NCBI RefSeq assembly: GCF_934202235.1
Contig: NZ_CAKPXS010000002.1
Coordinates: forward strand, 1,173-65,172
Reading direction: 5' to 3'
DNA length: 64,000 nt
Source of the DNA: an uncultured Limosilactobacillus sp.
Lineage (GTDB): Bacteria; Bacillota; Bacilli; Lactobacillales; Lactobacillaceae
Positions 53,227 through 62,495 of this stretch are shown here, one piece after another; within the stretch, counting starts at the first letter, position 1, and every line of letters starts with the position of its first letter. A model generated the notes under the pieces. That model had not been told where the DNA came from. It was given only the letters and a program-made list of their open reading frames with translations, and made no database searches. Both the position numbers and the translations under genes were made by a program.

Positions 53227-54729
53227 TTGGCTAATAAACAGAAGAATTTGGATACAGCATTCTTCGGTCAGCCCCGTGGATTATCGACGCTGTTCTTCAC
53301 CGAAATGTGGGAACGGTTCAGTTACTACGGGATGCGTGCCATTCTGCTGTTCTACATGTACTACGCCGTTACCAAGGGTGGTTTGGGGATGGACCAGGCT
53401 ACCGCTGCTTCGGTCATGTCTATTTACGGATCGATGGTCTTCTTATCAGGGGTTGTCGGTGGTTGGCTTTCCGACCGTGTGTGGGGGAGTCGTAAGACAG
53501 TCTTTTACGGTGGTGTCTTGATTATGTTTGGGCACATTGCCCTGTCACTGCCGTTTGGGATTCCGGCGCTTTATATCTCAATTGCCCTCATCGTCTGCGG
53601 GACCGGTTTATTGAAGCCAAACGTTTCGTCAATGGTCGGGGACCTCTATAGTGAGGAAGACCCGCGCCGGGACTCCGGGTTCAGTATGTTCGTCTTTGGT
53701 GTTAACCTGGGGGCCGCAGTTGCTCCGTGGGCTGTGCCGTGGGCTGCCAACGGTTTTGGGGTTCACATGTTTGGTTCGACGATGAACTTCCACGCTGGTT
53801 TCTCGCTGGCCGCTATCGGAATGTTCTTCGGTCTGCTCCAGTACACGATTGATGGTCGTCATTACCTGAGTAAAAACAGTCTGTATCCACAAGACCCGAT
53901 TGATAAGGAATCGCTTCACCGGATTACGGTCTGGACGATTGTGGGGGTAGTTGCCGTGGCAATTATCCTGGCCTTAATGGCTGTGATGGGTCAACTGAAC
54001 GTCAACAGCGTGATCATGATTATCACGATTGTTGCCATTGCGTTACCGATTATCTACTTTGTCATGATGCTTAATTCTAAGAAGGTCACGAAGGTCGAAC
54101 ACCACCGGGTCCTGGCTTACATTCCGCTGTTTCTTGCAGCCGCTATCTTCTGGGGAATTGAAGAATCTGGTTCTGTTGTGCTGGCCCTCTTTGCCCAGGA
54201 CCGGACAATCTTGCACATTGGTAGCTGGCACTTTGCCGCTGCGAACTTCCAGACTTTGAACCCGTTGTTCATCATGATCTTAACGCCAATCTTTGTTTGG
54301 CTGTGGGATCACTGGAAAAACCAGCCGACGTCGCCAACCAAGTTTGCTTACGGGTTGGTCTTTGCCGGGATTTCATACGCCTGGATGGCTTTGCCGGGTA
54401 TTATTCACGGAACCACTAGTGGCCGGGTTAGCCCATTCTGGCTGGTTGGTTCATGGTTCCTGTGTGAAATTGGTGAAATGTTGATCTCACCAATTGGGTT
54501 GTCAGTTACTACTAAGCTGGCACCAAAGGCCTTTAAGTCACAAATGCTGAGTATGTGGTTCCTAGCCGATGCCGCTGGGCAAGCGGTCAACGCCCAAATC
54601 GTCCGCCTGTACACACCACACACTGAAATTCAATATTTCTTAGCGATCGGTGCCGTTTCGGTTGTCTTCGGGATTCTTCTTCTCTTCTTGTCGAAGCACA
54701 TCAGTGCCCAGATGGAAGGGGTCAACTAG
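53227..54729 (+). CDS. dtpT: Proton-dependent di/tripeptide transporter (POT/PTR2 family)
   Basis: TTG start after GGAGGA. FGQPRGLSTLFFTEMWERFSYYGMRAIL is the PTR2 signature. 500 aa, about 14 TM segments. Confidence 0.9.
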   Translation: MANKQKNLDTAFFGQPRGLSTLFFTEMWERFSYYGMRAILLFYMYYAVTKGGLGMDQATAASVMSIYGSMVFLSGVVGGWLSDRVWGSRKTVFYGGVLIMFGHIALSLPFGIPALYISIALIVCGTGLLKPNVSSMVGDLYSEEDPRRDSGFSMFVFGVNLGAAVAPWAVPWAANGFGVHMFGSTMNFHAGFSLAAIGMFFGLLQYTIDGRHYLSKNSLYPQDPIDKESLHRITVWTIVGVVAVAIILALMAVMGQLNVNSVIMIITIVAIALPIIYFVMMLNSKKVTKVEHHRVLAYIPLFLAAAIFWGIEESGSVVLALFAQDRTILHIGSWHFAAANFQTLNPLFIMILTPIFVWLWDHWKNQPTSPTKFAYGLVFAGISYAWMALPGIIHGTTSGRVSPFWLVGSWFLCEIGEMLISPIGLSVTTKLAPKAFKSQMLSMWFLADAAGQAVNAQIVRLYTPHTEIQYFLAIGAVSVVFGILLLFLSKHISAQMEGVN

Positions 54730-54755
54730 GACCGTCTAGAGCTAAGAGCCTTAAT

Positions 54756-54784
54756 AAGGAGTCGGGGGACCGGCTCCTTTTTCT
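54756..54784 (+). terminator. Intrinsic terminator of dtpT
   Basis: Stem aaggagtcgg / ccggctcctt with loop ggga, then TTTT. Confidence 0.75.
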
Positions 54785-54820
54785 GTCTCAAAAGAAAAAT
54801 AAAAAAATTGAGAAAAAGTG

Positions 54821-54849
54821 TTGCATTCGTAAAATAAATTAGTTAAAAT
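54821..54849 (+). promoter_or_regulatory. Candidate promoter of the tRNA pair
   Basis: TTGCAT at 54821-54826, a 17-nt spacer, then TAAAAT at 54844-54849, about 32 nt upstream of the tRNA-Tyr 5' end. Confidence 0.55.
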
Positions 54850-54880
54850 AACATTCGTTGGTTGTCAGATGACACCTTTT

Positions 54881-54963
54881 GGAGGGGTAGCGAAGTCTGG
54901 CTAAACGCGGCGGACTGTAAATCCGCTCCTTCGGGTTCGGTGGTTCGAATCCACTCCCCTCCA
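54881..54963 (+). tRNA. tRNA-Tyr (anticodon GTA), class II with a long variable arm
   Basis: Acceptor stem GGAGGGG/CCCCTCC. Anticodon arm GCGGA-CTGTAAA-TCCGC. T-loop GGTTCGAATCC. No encoded CCA. Confidence 0.9.
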
Positions 54964-54972
54964 TTCTATTAT

Positions 54973-55044
54973 TGGGCTATAGCCAAGTGGTAAGGCAACG
55001 GTTTTTGGTACCGTCATGCGCTGGTTCGAACCCAGCTAGCCCAA
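54973..55044 (+). tRNA. tRNA-Gln (anticodon TTG)
   Basis: Acceptor stem TGGGCTA/TAGCCCA. Anticodon arm ACGGT-TTTTGGT-ACCGT. T-arm GCTGG-TTCGAAC-CCAGC. Confidence 0.9.
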
Positions 55045-55050
55045 CTGACT

Positions 55051-55080
55051 AAGCAGCTGTCGTTGACAGCTGCTTTTTTA
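55051..55080 (+). terminator. Intrinsic terminator after the tRNA pair
   Basis: 11-bp stem aagcagctgtc / gacagctgctt with a 3-nt loop, then TTTTTT. Confidence 0.85.
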
Positions 55081-55112
55081 TTGCGGCCATGAGTGGATAA
55101 GGGGGAAGGACC

Positions 55113-55757
55113 ATGCCGAAACAGGGACGGTTCGCTGCAGCTAAGCGGGTCAAGCAACTGAATAACTTTCGCCAAAAACACCAGCACCATGAGTCACGGG
55201 TCATCGATAACGACCAACTCGTTGACTTCCTGCTCGTGCGTTTTGCCCTGACGACCAAGAAACGGTTGCCAGCGGACGGTCGCGAAAGTTTGCAACGTTT
55301 TTTGCAGGAAATGGTTCCCCGATTGGCGACTAATGGCGGGAACGTTGGCCAAACGATCGAGGACCTCTTACCGCTTTTGCGCACGCGGGTTCCCTGGCAG
55401 TTTTTCTGGCAGGTTAGTGACCAGTGGGCCCTTTTCCAGCATTTTCTCCAGCGGGAAGTCCCAGCGGTTCCCCTCGAGGAGCGTTTACTAATTGTCAACC
55501 CACTAACACCGCGGGAGTTTAACGTGCGGCTGGCGGCTTCTTTGGCTGGGCAACTGGTCTCCCTAACGACTTTACGGACTAAGTTGCCAGCGAAAATGAA
55601 ACAGGCAATGGTTATTAAGATGAGAGCAGCTATTTTTGACGGGACCACCTTTGACTGGGAAAAAGTGCGAACTTTATGGCGACCGTTTCCCTTTGATATT
55701 GATTCAGCACCAGACGAAAAAACTCGGCAATGGCTACTAGCATTGTTGGCTGAATAA
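55113..55757 (+). CDS. Hypothetical cytoplasmic protein, 214 aa
   Basis: RBS AAGGGGGAAGG. The composition is protein-like, unlike the R/S/C/W-rich antisense ORF 55049-55648. No motif recognised. Confidence 0.65.
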   Translation: MPKQGRFAAAKRVKQLNNFRQKHQHHESRVIDNDQLVDFLLVRFALTTKKRLPADGRESLQRFLQEMVPRLATNGGNVGQTIEDLLPLLRTRVPWQFFWQVSDQWALFQHFLQREVPAVPLEERLLIVNPLTPREFNVRLAASLAGQLVSLTTLRTKLPAKMKQAMVIKMRAAIFDGTTFDWEKVRTLWRPFPFDIDSAPDEKTRQWLLALLAE

Positions 55758-55805
55758 GAGTATATTAAGAAAAGCAGTAAGAGAATACGTTAAAAGTATC
55801 GGACC

Positions 55806-55840
55806 GGGCTGTGGTGGAGCAATCACCACGCCCGTTTTTT
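55806..55840 (+). terminator. Intrinsic terminator placed immediately before the MFS gene RBS
   Basis: Stem gggc(t)gtggtg / caccacgccc with a 7-nt loop, then TTTTTT at 55835-55840. RBS AAGGAG at 55845-55850 and ATG at 55858. Confidence 0.7.
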
Positions 55841-55857
55841 ATTCAAGGAGTGATTAA

Positions 55858-57264
55858 ATGACGACTCAAAAGTCAATGGCTAAGACGTACACCGCCATTT
55901 TTTCGGTGGCTCTGATGACCTTCCTGGGGGTGCTCAACGAAACATCCATGAACGTAACTTATCCGGAACTATCGCGGACTTTTGGTATTTCGCTGGACAT
56001 TATCCAGTGGATTACCGCTGGTTACCTGTTAATGGTGACGATTGTAATGGGGACGACGGCCTACTTGTTGCGGCAGTATCCCGCTAAGCGGATTCACTTA
56101 TTTTGTGTTACTGCCTTTATCGTTGGTGACGTGGTGGCAGCAACGGCGACTAACTTTGGCCTCTTGCTAGGGGGCCGGCTGATTCAAGCAGTCGCTACCG
56201 GCCTGGCAACCCCGACGATGTTCTTCCTGATTTTCACGGCCATTCCCCGCCACCAATTGGCAACGATGACCGGGATCGGGGCAATGGTGATTTCCCTGGC
56301 GCCGGCCCTGGGACCGACGTACGGTGGGGCGGTTGCCGGTGCCTGTTCGTGGCGGATGATTTTTTGGATTCTGCTCCCCATTGCCCTCATTAGCTTGGTA
56401 GCCGGGCAGTGGAGTATCAGTAACCAGCCAGCCGGGAATAACAAGCCGTTCAGCTTTGCCAGTTTGATGCTCCTAGCACTAGCATTGGTGGGCATTGTTT
56501 ACGCGGTCTCCACAATTGGTAATGGTTTTAATAGATGGTTCTGCCTCTACTTATTGGCGGGCTTCGTCTTCTTTGGAGCCTTTATTTACACTAACGGGCA
56601 CGGTGAGTCGCAGCTGCTGGGCTTAGAAATCCTCAAGCTGACCACCGTCCGTCTGTCGACAGTTACCTACTTCCTGTTACAGTTTATCAACATTGGGATT
56701 TCGCTGGTCATTCCGGTCTACTGCCAGTATGTCCTGCACAGCAGTGCACTGGTGGCGGGATTGGTCTTACTTCCCGGGTCAATTGCCGGGGCTGTTACCT
56801 CACCGCTGATGGGCCGGGTGGCTGACCAGTACGGTTATGGTAAGCCGGTTGTCGGTGGTGGTGTCCTCCTGGTGATCGGTACTGGTTTATACGCTGTTTT
56901 TCAGTCACGGCTAACCCCAATGATGATGATGTGGTTCTTTGTGTTCACCCGGATCGGTTTTAATTCTGCATTTTCGACAACCATGGCCAACGCCACGACG
57001 CTCGTGACACCACGGCAGGCCGCAGACGTTAATTCACTCTTTAACATGGTTCAGCAGTTTGCGGGTTCACTCGGGGTGGTTTTGCTGACTGCCTTAATGG
57101 CCCTTTTTCAGAATACTGGTAAGGGGACCATGGCGGCCCGGACCTTTATTGGTGGCCAGTTAGACTTCTGGTTGCTATTGGGGTTGGCAGTTGCTGTCCT
57201 GGTTGCTACTGCCACTAATTTCACGATCCAACGGTTGGACCAGCAAACGGGAATGGCAGCTTAG
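55858..57264 (+). CDS. MFS transporter, 14-TM DHA2 (EmrB/QacA-like) type
   Basis: 468 aa, about 14 hydrophobic segments, with a typical DHA2 N-terminal region (LMTFLGVLNETSMNVTYPEL). Confidence 0.85.
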   Translation: MTTQKSMAKTYTAIFSVALMTFLGVLNETSMNVTYPELSRTFGISLDIIQWITAGYLLMVTIVMGTTAYLLRQYPAKRIHLFCVTAFIVGDVVAATATNFGLLLGGRLIQAVATGLATPTMFFLIFTAIPRHQLATMTGIGAMVISLAPALGPTYGGAVAGACSWRMIFWILLPIALISLVAGQWSISNQPAGNNKPFSFASLMLLALALVGIVYAVSTIGNGFNRWFCLYLLAGFVFFGAFIYTNGHGESQLLGLEILKLTTVRLSTVTYFLLQFINIGISLVIPVYCQYVLHSSALVAGLVLLPGSIAGAVTSPLMGRVADQYGYGKPVVGGGVLLVIGTGLYAVFQSRLTPMMMMWFFVFTRIGFNSAFSTTMANATTLVTPRQAADVNSLFNMVQQFAGSLGVVLLTALMALFQNTGKGTMAARTFIGGQLDFWLLLGLAVAVLVATATNFTIQRLDQQTGMAA

Positions 57265-57332
57265 ACTGTGGTGGCGCTTTATTGCGTCCCACTGGTTCCT
57301 CAGTTATAATGAAATTGTGTGAATAAGAAAGG

Positions 57333-57938
57333 ATGTCGACAACAATGGCAGAAGTAATTGACCAAATTGATATGGATCAAGTTAAAAAACAAGTAGCAAC
57401 TGGGTTGAACGAGTTGTTGGAGCAGGCACACCTCAATGAAGGCGACCTGGTAGTTCTTGGTCTCAGTACTAGTGAAGTCCATGGCGGCCGAATTGGGAAG
57501 GAATCAAACGTTGATATTGCCCGCGATATCGTCAAGACGATAGTGGACATTATCCGTCAGCACAAGCTGCACCTGGCTGTTCAGGGCTGTGAACACCTGA
57601 ACCGGGCACTGGTTGTCGAACGCAGTGTTGCTAAGGAACGGGGATTTGAACAAGTTACGGTCTTCCCAGCATTGCATGCTGGTGGTTCCGGCCAGATTGC
57701 GGCCTTTGAAAACTTCCACGACCCAATTGAAGTGGAACACATTACGGCCGAAGCTGGGATGGATATTGGGGATACCTGTGTTGGGATGCACGTCAAGTTC
57801 GTCCAGGTTCCTGTCCGGACCTCGGTGAAGGAAATTGGGCTGGCCCACACTACTTACTTGCGGACGCGGCCGAAGCTCATCGGTGGTGCCCGCGCGAAGT
57901 ACGAATGGGATCCCTTTGGTGAAAAGGATCAGAAGTAA
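57333..57938 (+). CDS. UPF0340 / TIGR01440-family protein
   Basis: GDLVVLGLSTSEV.GG.IG and LAVQGCEHLNRALVVER are family hallmarks (from memory). The start is ambiguous: ATG 57333 abuts the RBS, with ATG 57345 as the alternative. Confidence 0.75.
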   Translation: MSTTMAEVIDQIDMDQVKKQVATGLNELLEQAHLNEGDLVVLGLSTSEVHGGRIGKESNVDIARDIVKTIVDIIRQHKLHLAVQGCEHLNRALVVERSVAKERGFEQVTVFPALHAGGSGQIAAFENFHDPIEVEHITAEAGMDIGDTCVGMHVKFVQVPVRTSVKEIGLAHTTYLRTRPKLIGGARAKYEWDPFGEKDQK

Positions 57939-57956
57939 TCAATAAATCACTACTTG

Positions 57957-57988
57957 CCCGTGACACAATTGGCTGTCACGGGTCTTTC
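57957..57988 (+). terminator. Probable terminator (weak T-tract)
   Basis: Perfect 9-bp stem cccgtgaca / tgtcacggg, then tctttc. Confidence 0.5.
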
Positions 57989-58049
57989 ATGACTGATAAA
58001 GCATTGGTTGACGGTTGGCATAATTGCGTGGAGAAGAAGGGATATTGAG

Positions 58050-58763
58050 ATGAAAAAATTTTTTACCGTTTTAGGTGGGATGGGGACACTGGCCACAGAA
58101 AGCTACGTCCGGCTGCTGGATAAACGAACGCCGACGAAGAGTGACCAGGACTACTTAGACTACCTCGTCGTTAATCACGCAACGATTCCTGACCGGACGA
58201 GCTGGATTTTAGACCACAGCAAGCCGAGCCCCCTGGAACCGCTGCTAGAAGACGTCAAGCAACAGAGCCTCCTCAAGCCTGAATTCTTTGTGTTAATTTG
58301 CAATACCGCTCATTATTCTTACGATGCTTTACAGGCTGCGACTAAAATTCCGATCCTTAACATGTTGCAGGAAACCGTCAAAGCGATTAAAAGCATTCGG
58401 CCGACTGCCAAAAGGGTGGGCCTGTTAGGGACATATGGTACCTTGCGGTCAGGGATCTATGATCATTACATCACGGATGCTGGTTATACCCTGGTAAAGC
58501 CAACGGCAGAACTCCAGGAGCTCACGGAAGACTTGATTTACAATGACATTAAGCAGCGCGGTCAGTCAGACGACGAAAAGTACCACCGGCTTATCAAAAG
58601 AATGTCAGAGGAAATGAACTGTGATATTGTCATCCTCGGTTGTACCGAACTGTCATTTGCCGAAGAGATGTCTCCCGAAAAAGATTACCCGGTTGCTGAT
58701 TCACAGTCCATCATCGTTGATCGTTCACTTGAGCTGGGCCTGAAAATGCAGAAGGGAAAGTAA
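58050..58763 (+). CDS. Aspartate/glutamate-family amino-acid racemase
   Basis: ATG 58050 lies after an RBS-like purine-rich stretch (GGAGAAGAAGGGA). MKKFFTVLGGMGTLAT, ICNTAHY and ILGCTELS are the two catalytic Cys motifs. Confidence 0.85.
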   Translation: MKKFFTVLGGMGTLATESYVRLLDKRTPTKSDQDYLDYLVVNHATIPDRTSWILDHSKPSPLEPLLEDVKQQSLLKPEFFVLICNTAHYSYDALQAATKIPILNMLQETVKAIKSIRPTAKRVGLLGTYGTLRSGIYDHYITDAGYTLVKPTAELQELTEDLIYNDIKQRGQSDDEKYHRLIKRMSEEMNCDIVILGCTELSFAEEMSPEKDYPVADSQSIIVDRSLELGLKMQKGK

Positions 58764-58766
58764 CCA

Positions 58767-59207
58767 ATGACTAAGCAGGTGAAGCCGGTTTACCAGGCCT
58801 GCTGGGTAATTTTCTGTGTACTCCTTTGCCTTGGGGTAGCACTTGGTGGCAAGCATTACCGTCAACAGAAAAACTGGCACCGTTTCGCCGGCACCTACTA
58901 CGCCTACGTCCCCGATAATGGACAGGTGCACAAGGTGAAACTAACGATTCCAGCTGACCACCAGGTGGCAACGCTCAAAATTGTGGACAGCACGCGGGGT
59001 GAGAGCCCGCACGTCAAGAAGGTTAACCGGTTGAAGATTAATTCCGGGCACCAGACGATGACCGTCATCGGCTATCCGGGTACGCCGGCTGACCACTACC
59101 GCCACGTCGCTACCACGATTCAACTGACCACGGCGGGAAAAACGCGGACGTATTACCGCGAGGGGACACCCCAACAGCAGAAACGAGAAAAACACTTTCA
59201 ACAGTAA
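58767..59207 (+). CDS. Hypothetical protein with an N-terminal TM anchor, 146 aa
   Basis: RBS GAAGGGAAAG. WVIFCVLLCLGVALGG is a TM segment. Begins 3 nt after the racemase stop. Confidence 0.55.
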   Translation: MTKQVKPVYQACWVIFCVLLCLGVALGGKHYRQQKNWHRFAGTYYAYVPDNGQVHKVKLTIPADHQVATLKIVDSTRGESPHVKKVNRLKINSGHQTMTVIGYPGTPADHYRHVATTIQLTTAGKTRTYYREGTPQQQKREKHFQQ

Positions 59208-59212
59208 AATTA

Positions 59213-59249
59213 AGGCCAGACTGCCACAACGGTAGCCTGGCCTATTTTT
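59213..59249 (+). terminator. Intrinsic terminator
   Basis: Stem aggccag...ctggcct with an inner extension, then aTTTTT. Confidence 0.7.
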
Positions 59250-59376
59250 GGCAGCGCTTACCATGACAGATAAGTAACAAATGGTCAGCGTTTAATGGGC
59301 AACAGCTGATAGTGTGTTACAATGGTAACGTTAACAAATGGTCTAGTTCATAATTTGAAAGAAATGGGGAATTAGC

Positions 59377-60078
59377 ATGGCATCACCTGTATATATTCAA
59401 ATTCATAATGACCTCCGAAAGAGTATCGAGGATGGTAAGTGGGGCGTCGGTGAAAAAATTCCGGCAGAGCGTGAGTTAGCCTCCCAGTTTGGTGTCAGCC
59501 GGATGACGCTGCGGCAGGCAATTCAGACGCTTGTTGATGAAGGGGTCCTGGAGCGCCGAGTTGGTGCCGGGACCTTCGTGGCCAACCGAAAGGTCCAAGA
59601 AAAGATGGCAGGGGTTACCAGTTTTACCGAACTGATGCAAAAAGCTGGTAAAACACCGTCGTCACGGACGATCTCCTACCACCTCACGACCCCGTCAGAA
59701 ACTGAAATCGATAAATTGGATCTCAAAGCTGGCGAGCAGGTTTTGCGGATGGAACGGGTTCGCTATGCCAATAACGTTCCTATTTGTTACGAAATTGCGA
59801 CGGTTCCCGCTTCAATGGTTCAAGACTTTTCTAAGGCAGAAGTTACCAGTTCGTTTTATAATACTCTTGAAACAAAAGCTCACCTCACTCCGGGACACAC
59901 TACCCAGCATGTTTCGGCATCCAATGCTAACGAAAAAATTGCTGAGTACCTGGATATCCGGCGCGGGGATGCCCTTTTGCGGACAACCCAGGTTTCTTAC
60001 CTCACTGATGGTCGGCCATTCGAGTATGTCCACGCCCGTTACGTCGGCAAACGGTTTGAGTTTGTCCTGGAAAAATAG
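59377..60078 (+). CDS. GntR-family transcriptional regulator, HutC subfamily (winged HTH plus UTRA effector domain)
   Basis: IPAERELASQFGVSRMTLRQAIQTLVDEGVLERRVGAGTFV is the GntR HTH. The about 150-aa C-terminal domain, with RMERVRYANNVPICYE...PFEYVHARY, is UTRA-like. Confidence 0.9.
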   Translation: MASPVYIQIHNDLRKSIEDGKWGVGEKIPAERELASQFGVSRMTLRQAIQTLVDEGVLERRVGAGTFVANRKVQEKMAGVTSFTELMQKAGKTPSSRTISYHLTTPSETEIDKLDLKAGEQVLRMERVRYANNVPICYEIATVPASMVQDFSKAEVTSSFYNTLETKAHLTPGHTTQHVSASNANEKIAEYLDIRRGDALLRTTQVSYLTDGRPFEYVHARYVGKRFEFVLEK

Positions 60079-60098
60079 TAGGAGGATAATTTTCTCAC

Positions 60099-61589
60099 AT
60101 GGATTTTAAGTATCCAGACGATAGTTGTGCATTGCACACCGATGCCTACGAACTGTCAATGATGCAGACGTACTGGCAAGAGGGGATGGCGGACCGTCAG
60201 GCAATTTTTGAGGCCTTTTTCCGCAAGATGCCGTTTAATAACGGGTATGCCGTTTTTGCCGGTCTTGATCACATTATTCGTTATGTGAAGCAGTTGCACT
60301 TCAGTAAGTCTGATATTGACTATTTGCGGTCGACGAAGCAATTTGATGATGGCTTTTTAGACTACCTGCAGAATTGGCATTTCACTGGGACTATTCGCAG
60401 TATGGTGGAAGGCGAGTTGGTCTTTAACCACGAACCGCTGGTTCAGGTGGAAGCGTCAATGATGGATGCCCAGTTGGTTGAGACTGCCATCCTCAACATC
60501 ATCAACTACCAGGTAGTGGTCGCAACCAAGGCTTCCCGCATCAAACACATTGTCGGTAACCAGCCGGTAATGGAGTTTGGCTCACGGCGAGCACAGGAAT
60601 TTGATGCGGCCTTGTGGGGAACCCGTGCAGCTTATATTGGTGGGTTCGATGCCACGAGTAATGTCCGTGCGGGAAAGCTGTTTGGGATTCCTATTTCTGG
60701 GACCCACGCTCACGCCTTAGTGCAGGCTTACATGAACGATTACGCTGCCTTTAAGGCCTATGCAGAAACCCACCACAACTGTGTTTTCCTGGTTGACACC
60801 TTTGATACGTTGAAGAGCGGGGTGCCAAGTGCCATCAAAGTGGCTGATGAGTTTGGTGACAAGATTAACTTCCAGGGAGTCCGGATTGACAGTGGCGACA
60901 TGGCCTACCTCTCCAAGCGAGTTCGTCAAATGCTTGACGATGCGGGTTATCCTGATGCGAAGATTTACGCCTCTAACGGTCTTGATGAAAAGACAATTAT
61001 GAACCTGATGATTCAGGGAGCCAAAATCGACGTGTGGGGTGTTGGGACCAAGCTGATCACTGCTTACGACCAGCCAACCCTCGACGCCGTCTATAAGATG
61101 GTTGCCTTTGAAAATGAGGCTGGTGAGATGGTCGACACGATTAAGTTGTCGAACAACGCCGCTAAAATGTCGACACCTGGTAAGCACCAGGTTTGGCGAA
61201 TTACTGACAGCGTTGATGGTAAGAACGAGGGGGACTACGTGACCTTGTGGGGTGAAGATCCACGCCAACTCGATTCCTTATACATGTTTGATCCGAACCA
61301 TACTTACTTGCACAAGACGGTCAACGACTTTATTGCCCGTCCGCTGTTGCAGGAGATCTTTGTGGATGGTGAGCTGGTTTATGATGAGCCGAGTCTGGAA
61401 GAAATTCACCAGTCACGGCGCCTCCACCTTGACCGTCTGTGGGAAGAATATAAGCGGGACCTTAATCCCGAAGTCTACCCGGTCGACCTTTCGCAAAAGT
61501 GTTATGACAACAAGATGAAGATGATCAATTACGTTCATAATTACGTTGCTCAGATGAGTAAGGACCAGGAAAAGCAGGCGAAGAAATGA
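60099..61589 (+). CDS. pncB: Nicotinate phosphoribosyltransferase
   Basis: 496 aa with [38 protein letters not shown] and RIDSGD are PncB motifs. Confidence 0.9.
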   Translation: MDFKYPDDSCALHTDAYELSMMQTYWQEGMADRQAIFEAFFRKMPFNNGYAVFAGLDHIIRYVKQLHFSKSDIDYLRSTKQFDDGFLDYLQNWHFTGTIRSMVEGELVFNHEPLVQVEASMMDAQLVETAILNIINYQVVVATKASRIKHIVGNQPVMEFGSRRAQEFDAALWGTRAAYIGGFDATSNVRAGKLFGIPISGTHAHALVQAYMNDYAAFKAYAETHHNCVFLVDTFDTLKSGVPSAIKVADEFGDKINFQGVRIDSGDMAYLSKRVRQMLDDAGYPDAKIYASNGLDEKTIMNLMIQGAKIDVWGVGTKLITAYDQPTLDAVYKMVAFENEAGEMVDTIKLSNNAAKMSTPGKHQVWRITDSVDGKNEGDYVTLWGEDPRQLDSLYMFDPNHTYLHKTVNDFIARPLLQEIFVDGELVYDEPSLEEIHQSRRLHLDRLWEEYKRDLNPEVYPVDLSQKCYDNKMKMINYVHNYVAQMSKDQEKQAKK

Positions 61590-62413
61590 GAAAATTACAG
61601 CAAGTCATCATTAACCAACTAGGTGTTCGCCCGCAAATTGACCCGCAGGAAGAAATTGACCGGCGGGTGGCTTTTCTGCAGGAATACCTCAAGAAGACGG
61701 GGATGAAGACCCTTGTTCTTGGTATTTCCGGCGGCCAGGACTCCTCACTAGCCGGTCGCCTGGCACAATTAGCCGTGACTGGTCTTCGTCAGTCAACGGG
61801 TGACAGCGCCTATCAGTTCGTTGCCGTCCGCCTGCCCTATGGTGGACAAGCGGATGAAGACGACGCGATGTTTGCCATTGAGGACTTTATTCATCCGGAC
61901 GTGGTGATGCGGGTGAATATCAAGGATGCCACTGACGCCATGGTGGGGGCCGTTGAAGATAACAGACTGACGGTGTCTGACTTTAACAAGGGCAACATTA
62001 AGGCCCGCCAGCGGATGATCGCTCAGTATGCCATTGCTGGTGCTCGCCGGGGAGCAGTGGTCGGCACTGACCATGCTGCCGAAGCTGTAACCGGTTTTTA
62101 CACTAAGTTTGGTGACGGCGGGGCAGATTTGACGCCACTCTCCGGCTTAGATAAGCGCCAGGGCCGGGCCTTGTTGGAGCAGCTGGGGGCGCCAGCACGC
62201 CTTTATGAAAAGACACCCACGGCGGACTTGGAAGATGATCGGCCAGCCCTCCCAGACGAGACGGCACTAGGTGTGACCTACCGGCAAATTGATGACTACC
62301 TTGAAGGGGTGGACATTGATGATGACGCTGCGCAAAAAATTGAGGCCTGGTTTATGAAGACCCGCCATAAGCGGCACCTGCCAGTCAGCCCACGCGATGA
62401 GTGGTGGAAGTAG
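61586..62413 (+). CDS. nadE: NH3-dependent NAD+ synthetase
   Basis: 275 aa with the PP-loop [32 protein letters not shown] is canonical NadE. The start overlaps the pncB stop (ATGA). Confidence 0.95.
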   Translation: MRKLQQVIINQLGVRPQIDPQEEIDRRVAFLQEYLKKTGMKTLVLGISGGQDSSLAGRLAQLAVTGLRQSTGDSAYQFVAVRLPYGGQADEDDAMFAIEDFIHPDVVMRVNIKDATDAMVGAVEDNRLTVSDFNKGNIKARQRMIAQYAIAGARRGAVVGTDHAAEAVTGFYTKFGDGGADLTPLSGLDKRQGRALLEQLGAPARLYEKTPTADLEDDRPALPDETALGVTYRQIDDYLEGVDIDDDAAQKIEAWFMKTRHKRHLPVSPRDEWWK

Positions 62414-62442
62414 GTACCGGTAAAGTAAGTGAAGTTAACAAC

Positions 62443-62475
62443 GGGGGCTGGGAGAATACAGCCCCCCTGCTTTTT
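62443..62475 (+). terminator. Intrinsic terminator after nadE
   Basis: Stem gggggctg / cagccccc, then ctgcTTTTT. Confidence 0.7.
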
Positions 62476-62495
62476 GTCAACAAGTGAGGAATATT

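Noticed and set aside
55049-55648. A 199-aa minus-strand ORF overlapping the 214-aa plus-strand ORF.
   Set aside because: The minus-strand product is extremely R/S/C/W-rich and lacks an RBS. The plus-strand ORF has AAGGGGGAAGG upstream and a protein-like composition.
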